Shown: positions 24,476 through 31,092, counted from the first letter of the stretch. The stretch is 32,000 nucleotides of DNA from Opitutales bacterium (GCA_965219535.1 CBDCNV010000002.1:1230001-1262000), one strand, 5' to 3'. The notes: a model not told the origin generated them from the sequence alone. Program-made: numbers and translations.

Positions 24476-24503
24476 ATCCGAAATCCAAAATCCGCAATCC
24501 GAA
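24476..24503. repeat. Heptamer array (ATCCRMA)x4
   Basis: atccgaa atccaaa atccgca atccgaa, ending 7 nt before ATG 24511. Confidence 0.9.
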
Positions 24504-24510
24504 ATTGAAT

Positions 24511-25563
24511 ATGTCTGACCTTGAAACGTGGCTTAATTTAACTGTCGAGGATCCTATCGATCCCGATCTTCCTATTTGTGATCCCCACCATCATCTGTGG
24601 GACCGTCCCAATAACCGCTACTTGCTTGATGATGTATTGCAGGACACTGGCAGCGGTCATAACATTGTTAATACCGTTTTTGTCGAATGCAAAGCAGAGT
24701 ATCGGAACGATGGGTCTGAGGCATTTAAGCCGGTAGGGGAGACCGAGTTTGTGCAGAGCCTCGCCGATCAATGCGCAAGTGGGCAGCAGGGCTCGAGCTC
24801 TATCGCCGCGGGGATCGTGAGTCACGCCGATCTCACCCTGGGGGACGCCGTGGCTCCGGTGCTCGAGGCCCATTTGGCAGCGAGTGGCAACCGCTTTCGT
24901 GGGATCAGGCACATTGCTGCTTGGGATGCGAGTGATAGTATACAAAACATTTCTAAATCTCAGAAAAAAAAGGTCCAGGAAAAGAGTCGCATTCCCCTTT
25001 ATAAACCGCCACCGGGTCTGCTCATGGAATCGAAATTTAGAGAGGGTTTTACCTGTTTACAGCAACATGGTTTGAGTTTTGATTCCTGGCTTTTCTATCA
25101 TCAGTTAGGAGAACTCACTGACCTCGCACGTGCCTTTCCGGAAACATCAATAATCTTGGACCATATTGGGGGCCTTCTCGGGATCGGTCCCTATACCGGG
25201 AAGCGCAATGAAGTAATCAAGGCATGGCAAAATAGCATCCAGGAGCTTGCGACTTGTCCGAATGTCACCGTGAAGCTGGGAGGGATGGGAATGCCGATCT
25301 TTGGTTTTGGCTGGCACGAGCAGGACATTCCACCATCCTCAACAGAGCTAGCTGAGGGCATGGCTCCATATTTTAATTTTTGCATCGATAAGTTTGGTGT
25401 CGATCGTTGTATGTTCGAGAGCAATTTTCCCGTCGACAAAGTTTCATTTTCTTACTCCGTGATGTGGAACGCGTTCAAGCGCATCACGAAAGACTTCACC
25501 CCGGAAGAGCGAGCGGCCCTCTTCTACAATACCGCCGTAAATGTCTACCGTTTAAATTCGTAG
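24511..25563 (+). CDS. Amidohydrolase-2 family metal-dependent TIM-barrel hydrolase (COG3618 lactonase-like subgroup)
   Basis: 350 aa from ATG 24511 (the tracked start at 24505 is TTG). The N-terminal metal motif ICDPHHHLWD matches the iD.H.H.W signature of the fuconolactonase-like subgroup. It also has ILDHIGG and FESNFPVD near the C-terminus. Confidence 0.8.
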   Translation: MSDLETWLNLTVEDPIDPDLPICDPHHHLWDRPNNRYLLDDVLQDTGSGHNIVNTVFVECKAEYRNDGSEAFKPVGETEFVQSLADQCASGQQGSSSIAAGIVSHADLTLGDAVAPVLEAHLAASGNRFRGIRHIAAWDASDSIQNISKSQKKKVQEKSRIPLYKPPPGLLMESKFREGFTCLQQHGLSFDSWLFYHQLGELTDLARAFPETSIILDHIGGLLGIGPYTGKRNEVIKAWQNSIQELATCPNVTVKLGGMGMPIFGFGWHEQDIPPSSTELAEGMAPYFNFCIDKFGVDRCMFESNFPVDKVSFSYSVMWNAFKRITKDFTPEERAALFYNTAVNVYRLNS

Positions 25564-25596
25564 AGGCATTACAAAAAATATTCAATCATTCTAATA

Positions 25597-25653
25597 AACG
25601 CGCTAGGGACCAACCGTCGCCAAGGCTATGGCGGGCAGGCAGCGCGTTCCACC
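25597..25653 (+). repeat. A-family element, right arm with B insertion (copy A5; left arm missing)
   Basis: aacgcgctaggga[ccaaccgtcgccaaggctatggcgggcagg]cagcgcgttccacc, starting 34 nt after the stop at 25563. Confidence 0.8.
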
Positions 25654-25731
25654 AATCTCACTTACTAATTATTGGATAAATCCGCATTTCCGCTTCATCG
25701 CATACCCACATTCTCACATCAACGCATTTCC

Positions 25732-25763
25732 CTTTTGACCTTTTGACTTTTTGACCTTTTGAC
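25732..25763. repeat. Octamer array (YTTTTGAC)x4
   Basis: cttttgac cttttgac tttttgac cttttgac, ending 15 nt before ATG 25779. Confidence 0.95.
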
Positions 25764-25778
25764 TCTATTCCATCGAAA

Positions 25779-26570
25779 ATGTCTTTAACTAAAAATCAAA
25801 TATCAGAACTATCCCAGGCCTTAATCCATGCACAAGAGACGGTAACCCCGATAACCAACCCGATCGATCAATACCCGGATATGACGGTTGCTGAAGCTTA
25901 TGCCGTTCAGCGAGCGACATACGAGACGAGAATAAAAAACGGCGATACGGTGGTGGGAGGAAAGGTAGGACTGTCTGCTAAAATTATGCAGGAGGTATTC
26001 AATGCCGATGCGCCGATTTATGGGCGTTTATTTGCTTCGATGGTGGCACTGGAAGGTGAACCCATTTCAATCGGCAGCATGAGCCGTCCGATGATTGAAG
26101 GTGAGACAGCTTTTGTTTTAGATGCTGACCTGAAGGGTCCCGGTGTGACGGTTGGAAAAGCGATGGCGTCGGTTGCCGGAATTATTCCCGCTTTTGAAAT
26201 CGCTGATAGCCGATCAAAAGAAAAACCAAAAGTGGCACAGGATCTTATCGCCGATAGTAGCCTTGCATCCAAGGTGATACTCGGCGGTCAGATCACCCCC
26301 ATTGATGAAATCGACCTGCGTCACATCGGTGTGGTCCTGGAGCAGGATGGCGAGGTCATTGCCACGGGGGCAACCGCGGCGGTTCTCGGTAATCCCATCC
26401 ATTCGCTCGTTAACCTTGTCAATAAACTTGCCGAGTACGACGTCGGCTTATCCGCCGGAGATTTCGTTATTCCCGGCACGCCTCACCCCGCCGTGCCGCC
26501 CGTAGCAGGTTCCTGCTACCGTGCGACCTTTGATCGCTTCGGTTATGTTAAGGTCCACTTTACTGATTGA
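25779..26570 (+). CDS. 2-keto-4-pentenoate hydratase / 2-oxohepta-3-ene-1,7-dioate hydratase family (MhpD/HpcG-like, FAH fold)
   Basis: 263 aa. It has MTVAEAYAVQRA...GGKVGLS at the N-terminus, the metal-binding IEGETAF (E-x-E) motif, and an overall length typical of the family. Confidence 0.8.
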   Translation: MSLTKNQISELSQALIHAQETVTPITNPIDQYPDMTVAEAYAVQRATYETRIKNGDTVVGGKVGLSAKIMQEVFNADAPIYGRLFASMVALEGEPISIGSMSRPMIEGETAFVLDADLKGPGVTVGKAMASVAGIIPAFEIADSRSKEKPKVAQDLIADSSLASKVILGGQITPIDEIDLRHIGVVLEQDGEVIATGATAAVLGNPIHSLVNLVNKLAEYDVGLSAGDFVIPGTPHPAVPPVAGSCYRATFDRFGYVKVHFTD

Positions 26571-26651
26571 AGCGCGGTATTATTACGTAGGATTTTATGA
26601 ATTAAAATCTTCGTCTTCGACCCCGTTTACTTCATAAATATTGCAACCCAG

Positions 26652-26726
26652 GGTGGAGCGGGCTGTCCCTAGCACGCTTCTTGTATTACGACTCGCTCTA
26701 ACGCGCTGGGGACAACGCGTTCCACC
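26652..26726 (+). repeat. A-family palindromic element, no B insertion (copy A6, the empty site)
   Basis: ggtggagcgggctgtccctagcacgc - ttcttgtattacgactcgctct - aacgcgctggggacaacgcgttccacc. Confidence 0.9.
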
Positions 26727-26776
26727 ATAATATTATAGTTAATAATTGAATAGACGAAGACGGGTCTGCGTCCCTT

Positions 26777-27012
26777 TGTCATTGCGAGGAGCGAAGCGAC
26801 GAAGCAATCCAGGGGAATGTATGTTGCAAAATTATTGTCCCAGGATGCTAGGCTTCGCTCAGTTGACAATTGCCGTTCTACAATATTCATTGAGCAACTC
26901 ATGTTTTTTAACGGAGACGGGTATGTGTACCCACAATGACTATTTCCCTGGAATGGAAGATGTCGCTGCGCTCGGTAGCCGCGGTCGGCTTTTAACCTCC
27001 CTCGCAATGACA
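26777..27012. repeat. MITE-like element, D family, longest copy (236 bp)
   Basis: tgtcattgcgaggagcgaagcgacgaagcaatccagg ... cctccctcgcaatgaca. Together with 14 upstream nt it is flanked by a 12-bp direct repeat AATAGACGAAGA (26749-26760 and 27013-27024). Confidence 0.8.
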
Positions 27013-27123
27013 AATAGACGAAGAGGCAGACGTAATCGCAGACGAAGATTTAAATTTCACTACTAACTTGAAAACGATCATTATTCACTATTTACTGATC
27101 TCTAATCACTGATTTTCAAAATC

Positions 27124-28215
27124 ATGGCAACGGATACCATAGCTGCATCTGATTTCGCTGACACGAAAAAGGGTTTGGAAAAAGGATTAGATTGGTACCA
27201 GTGTCCGATCGACAGGAAGGTGCTCAATAAATTGTCGGAGAAAAACGACTGGCAACCCTTTCTTCATATTGTCGCTCAGCTTAGTTTCTCGACCGCTACC
27301 GGCGCATTTGCATTCTGGGCATTCCACCACCTGTCATGGCCCTGGATAGTTCTAGCGGTTTATTTTCACTGCTCTTTTTATAAATTTTTTGGTCACGGCA
27401 CGGGAGGCCATGAGTTATCGCACAAGACGGTATTCAAAACTCAAGCCTTGAACGAGTTTTTCATTCGCATCGTTGGTTTTCTGACCTATTTCAACTATAT
27501 CTGGTTTCGGCACAGTCACGTTAAGCACCATCAATTTACTGTTCACCATGAGCTCGACATGGAAGTCGAGCTTCCACAACAATATCCATGGTACCAAGTT
27601 ATCGGGGCATTTACCTTCAGCATTCGTGACTTCAATCGAATCTTACCCAGGCTTTTTCGAAACGCGTTCGGTCGCCGCCGCGAGGTTATTCTCAAATCAG
27701 TTTGGGAACAGAGAATTACCCCGGAGACAAAGCCGGAAGCTTTGAAAAGAATGGTAAACTTTTCGAGAATCATCCTCGGTGGTCATTTAGCGCTCGCTAT
27801 TGTCTTTATTGCTACGGGAAATTGGATTCTCTTGTTCCTTGTTACCTTTGCGCCATTCATCGCGATGTGGTTTGTTGTTCTTACGCATTTGCCTCAGCAT
27901 AAAGGGATGAAGCCGGATGTCGCGGATTGGAGGCAAAGTACCAGGACCTATCTCGCAGGGCCCATTGTGCGGTTTTTTTACTGGAATATGAATTATCATG
28001 TGGAACATCACATGTATCCGGCTGTCCCGTTTTACCATCTACCTAAGTTGCGCAAGGCGATCGAAGATGACCTCCCCATCGCAACAAAAGGTCTCGTTGC
28101 CACGTGGGTAGATATATTCAAAACGCTCAGGCGTCAGAATAAGGATTCGGACTATTATGCCGAGCTAGTTTATCCAGAGAAAACAGGGTCCGGTGAGCTG
28201 CCAATTGCGGTTTGA
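27124..28215 (+). CDS. Membrane fatty-acid-desaturase-like di-iron oxygenase (paralogue 1)
   Basis: 363 aa. Three His boxes are present: HELSH, HSHVKHH and HVEHHMYP. There are hydrophobic segments before box 1 and between boxes 2 and 3. Confidence 0.8.
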   Translation: MATDTIAASDFADTKKGLEKGLDWYQCPIDRKVLNKLSEKNDWQPFLHIVAQLSFSTATGAFAFWAFHHLSWPWIVLAVYFHCSFYKFFGHGTGGHELSHKTVFKTQALNEFFIRIVGFLTYFNYIWFRHSHVKHHQFTVHHELDMEVELPQQYPWYQVIGAFTFSIRDFNRILPRLFRNAFGRRREVILKSVWEQRITPETKPEALKRMVNFSRIILGGHLALAIVFIATGNWILLFLVTFAPFIAMWFVVLTHLPQHKGMKPDVADWRQSTRTYLAGPIVRFFYWNMNYHVEHHMYPAVPFYHLPKLRKAIEDDLPIATKGLVATWVDIFKTLRRQNKDSDYYAELVYPEKTGSGELPIAV

Positions 28216-28226
28216 TTTTTAGAATT

Positions 28227-28423
28227 AAAATCTTTGTCTGCGTTTACTTCATAAATATTGCAACCCAGGGTGGAGCGGGCTGTCCCTAGCACGCTTCTTG
28301 TATTACGACTCGCTCTAACGCGCTAGGGATCAGCCGTCGCCAAGGCTATGTCGGACAGGCAGCGCGTTCCACCATAATATTATAGTTAATAATTGAATAG
28401 ACGAAGACGAGGACGAAGATTTA
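28227..28423. repeat. Composite hairpin module M3: inverted hexamer termini enclosing A element with B insertion
   Basis: The left terminus is aaaatctttgtctgcg and the right terminus is agacgaagacgaggacgaagattt. The core is A7. Confidence 0.8.
28269..28373 (+). repeat. A-family palindromic element with B insertion in right arm (copy A7, the filled site)
   Basis: It is identical to A6 through ...ctctaacgcgct. It then reads aggga[tcagccgtcgccaaggctatgtcggacagg]cagcgcgttccacc. Confidence 0.9.
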
Positions 28424-28492
28424 ACACTGATTTCTAATTATATTTCTCAATAAAATCTTTACTCAAAACCGCCCGCACTTATTTTCAAAAAT

Positions 28493-29575
28493 ATGACATC
28501 TGCAACGGATACCATCCTTGAAGCTGATTACTCCGATACGAGTAAAGGTAGGGAAAAAGGCCTGGACTGGTACCAGTGTCCAATCGACAGGAAGGTGTTT
28601 TCTGCATTAATGAAAAAAAATGACTTGAGGCCTCTTCTCGATAATGTAGGACAACTCGGTTTTTCTTTCGTTACGGGAGCTATTGCCCTCTGGGCATTTC
28701 ACAACTTGTCATGGCTCTGGGTTGCTGGTGCAGTCTATTTTCATTGTTCCTTTTACGGCTTTTTTGGTAGTGGAACGGGAGGACACGAGTTATCGCACAG
28801 GACGATGTTCAAAACGCCGGCATTGAATGAATTCTTTATTCGCATCAATGGATTTTTGACCTGGTTTAACTTTATTTATTTTCGGCACAGTCACGTAAAG
28901 CACCATCAGTTTACCGTTCATGATGACCTCGACATGGAAGTCATGTTACCGCAAAAGCTGCGATGGTACCATTGGATATTTGCATTTACGTTCCACCCTC
29001 AAAACATTTATATAAATTTTTCGAATAAATTCAGGCGTGCCTTCGGTCGACGCCGCGAATTTATGCTTAAATCCGTCTGGGACCAGCGCATTTTTCCGGA
29101 GTCAAAACCAGAGGCATTAAAAAGGTTGGTGAATTGGGAGAGATTCTTAATCATAGGTCATACTGCCCTTGCAGTTGTTTTTATCGCCTCCGGTAATTGG
29201 ATACTTGTGCTCCTGGTTACCTTTGCCCCTTTCCTCGTTGGCTGGTTTGGGCTCATCACACATATGCCCCAACATGTCGGGATGAAACCGGACATTGCGG
29301 ATTGGCGGCAGAGTACAAGAACTTATCTCGCCAGCCCCTTTGTTTCTTTTTTCTACTGGAACATGAATTACCACGTGGAGCATCACATGTATCCAGCTAT
29401 ACCCTATTACAATTTACCTAAGCTGCGAAAAGCGATTGAAAGTGACATGCCCATCGCACCGAAAGGCCTATTCGCAACCTGGAGGGCAATACTCAAAACA
29501 CTCAGGCAGCAGAAAGAAGATCCGAACTATTATGCTGAACTGGTCTATCCGGTGAAGACGGTGACTAATAATTAG
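28493..29575 (+). CDS. Membrane fatty-acid-desaturase-like di-iron oxygenase (paralogue 2)
   Basis: 360 aa, colinear with 27124..28215. The His boxes are the same: HELSH, HSHVKHH and HVEHHMYP. Confidence 0.8.
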   Translation: MTSATDTILEADYSDTSKGREKGLDWYQCPIDRKVFSALMKKNDLRPLLDNVGQLGFSFVTGAIALWAFHNLSWLWVAGAVYFHCSFYGFFGSGTGGHELSHRTMFKTPALNEFFIRINGFLTWFNFIYFRHSHVKHHQFTVHDDLDMEVMLPQKLRWYHWIFAFTFHPQNIYINFSNKFRRAFGRRREFMLKSVWDQRIFPESKPEALKRLVNWERFLIIGHTALAVVFIASGNWILVLLVTFAPFLVGWFGLITHMPQHVGMKPDIADWRQSTRTYLASPFVSFFYWNMNYHVEHHMYPAIPYYNLPKLRKAIESDMPIAPKGLFATWRAILKTLRQQKEDPNYYAELVYPVKTVTNN

Positions 29576-29623
29576 TGATCGAAGAATAATCTTCGTCCCT
29601 TAAATTAATTACTATTTTATCAT

Positions 29624-29696
29624 GGTGGAACGGGCTGTCCCTAGCGCGTTGAAGGATTGTAATTAAAGAAGCGTGCTAGGGACAGCCCGCTCCACC
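29624..29696 (-). repeat. A-family palindromic element (copy A8, inverted orientation)
   Basis: ggtggaacgggctgtccctagcgcgtt - loop - gaagcgtgctagggacagcccgctccacc. Confidence 0.9.
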
Positions 29697-29712
29697 CGGT
29701 TTATCAATCTCT

Positions 29713-29770
29713 GGAGGTCCACGCGGTGCCTGTCGGCCATAGCCCATAGGGCGACGGCTGATCGTGGCCG
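29713..29770 (-). repeat. Single degenerate A arm carrying a B element (copy A9)
   Basis: ggaggtccacgcggtg[cctgtcggccatagcccatagggcgacggctg]atcgtggcc. Confidence 0.7.
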
Positions 29771-29898
29771 CTGAGAAGCTTGAATATATAATTTTATTTA
29801 ATCAATTGACGAAGAGGCAGACGCAGACGAAGACGAAGATGATGAATTAACGCCAAAGTTTTATCTGAATTGTGAATAATCTTTATTCAAATACCTCT

Positions 29899-31092
29899 TC
29901 AAGAAACCACACACGCGCCCGTCGGACGGGGTCCGGTAGGTCGCCATCGAAGCTCAGAGTATGACTTATATTTTACGTCGAGCCAGGGTGTCTCAATGCG
30001 TCGATGTCCTTCGTATCGGGATGTCAGCGCGGCTTCTAAAACGCCGCTTGTCAGTAAGGTTCGTTCAGCGGGGTAGGTCGGTGATCCACTGATAAACATT
30101 TCTTCAATATTGAGCGACAAATAGGTGAAGTGATTGTGCGCTCCTTCAGCGCTGCCTTCAGCGCTGCCATGACCCTGACAATAAAATTCTGTCGCCTTGA
30201 CCTGATTGTCGACCCTGGCTGCATAAGCTAAATCTGTAACATACCCGTTTAACATTAAAACCGCGCCCTTCAAACCATCTCGGTATTCGATCAGAAATAG
30301 GGTGGGATTTTTACAGTGGTCCTCCATCTGTCCATCAGGTTTATTTACTATGCAAGCACAGGCTGCCTCGGCCAGTGTTCTCGACCATTGCCCCTCATTG
30401 GCCGCTTCCCACACCACCTCACCCTCTAAGCAGGTTACTGCTTTGACACCGGTCTCACCGCCAATGCGTCTTTCAACCATGCATTGCAGGACCTCAAGGG
30501 CGTGAAATCCATAGATATCCAGCCCGGAAAAACCGATGGCGACGGCCTCTTCAATCGGACTTTCCATATCATGCTCAAGCCAGGGGTTGCGCCAGCACAG
30601 AGGAAGTGATGAACCGGCCATGAAGGGAGCTCCGAGTTGCTTTACTCGATCATACATCCATTTAATATCATGCCAGTTATAGGAGAGGTGCTTGTCGTTA
30701 AAAATCGGTACCGCTTTCTCACTCGTCGCCATGACCCCACAGATTTGCTCCATGAAGTATTTCCTCGGATAAAGATGCTGTTCCTTCTCGTTCCATGCGT
30801 AATCTCCATGTTCTCCGATTAAGAGCACACCATCAACAGCGAGTACATCCCCACCCAGCGTTAATGCTTTTACAATACTGGGAAAGATCGGAATGTTAAA
30901 TTCGGCACTGAGTTTTCGGCTCAAATCCCCTTCGGGAAACTGATCGACATAAAGTGAAACAATATCAACACGCGGTGTAATCATGCCCTCATCGGTAGGA
31001 AAACCCTTGAGGAATTTCGTCATCATGACGTTGGCATGGGAGAAGGGCACGTACTCCGTAATGATTGCCGCAATCTTTTTTCTTTCAGCCAT
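29899..31092 (-). CDS. Conserved hypothetical protein, paralogue 2 of 2 (same family as 23048..24247)
   Basis: 397 aa, beginning MAERKKIAAIITEYVPFSHANVMMTKFLKGFPTDEG. It is colinear with its paralogue apart from a short insertion (GSAEGSAEGAH vs GGGDGAY). Confidence 0.6.
   Translation of the reverse strand: MAERKKIAAIITEYVPFSHANVMMTKFLKGFPTDEGMITPRVDIVSLYVDQFPEGDLSRKLSAEFNIPIFPSIVKALTLGGDVLAVDGVLLIGEHGDYAWNEKEQHLYPRKYFMEQICGVMATSEKAVPIFNDKHLSYNWHDIKWMYDRVKQLGAPFMAGSSLPLCWRNPWLEHDMESPIEEAVAIGFSGLDIYGFHALEVLQCMVERRIGGETGVKAVTCLEGEVVWEAANEGQWSRTLAEAACACIVNKPDGQMEDHCKNPTLFLIEYRDGLKGAVLMLNGYVTDLAYAARVDNQVKATEFYCQGHGSAEGSAEGAHNHFTYLSLNIEEMFISGSPTYPAERTLLTSGVLEAALTSRYEGHRRIETPWLDVKYKSYSELRWRPTGPRPTGACVVS

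Larger units (their letters stand above)
26604..27051. repeat. Composite hairpin module M2: inverted hexamer-array termini enclosing an A element, with a D-family element inserted in the right arm
   Basis: The left terminus is aaaatcttcgtcttcga and the right terminus is gcagacgaagattt. The core A element is at 26652-26726 and D3 is at 26777-27012. The sequence at 26623-26760 is nearly identical to 28242-28410 apart from the B insertion. Confidence 0.8.
29588..29843. repeat. Composite hairpin module M4: hexamer termini enclosing A8 plus an extra A arm with B
   Basis: The left terminus is aatcttcgtccc and the right terminus is gacgaagaggcagacgcagacgaagacgaagat. Confidence 0.7.

Noticed and set aside
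25732-25763. The TTGAC-containing octamer arrays taken as demonstrated sigma-70 promoters.
   Set aside because: I could not find a convincing -10 hexamer at 16-18 bp spacing from any of the four TTGAC units. The same array also occurs at 3033-3056 between two convergent gene ends, where no promoter is expected. I keep this only as a hypothesis in the findings.
26669-27066. ORFs of 60-114 aa that cover intergenic repeats: 4866..5084, 18449..18637, 22804..23145, 22860..23114, 22894..23142, 26669..27013, 26746..27066 and 25407..25679.
   Set aside because: They are translations of the D-family, A-family or heptamer repeats (peptides such as SLRGAKRRSNP, VIARSNATKQSR and SLFTVHCSLFTVH). The same repeats occur in both orientations and in different frames, so there is no coding constraint.
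6117-29696. Strand-asymmetric G:U wobble pairs in the A-element stem, which would indicate an RNA-level function in one orientation.
   Set aside because: Two positions behave this way in some copies (for example 11470-11583). Other copies have true mismatches (G:G, C:A) at neighbouring positions, and the favoured orientation does not always match the transcribed strand of the upstream gene. Nine copies are too few and too inconsistent to support the claim.
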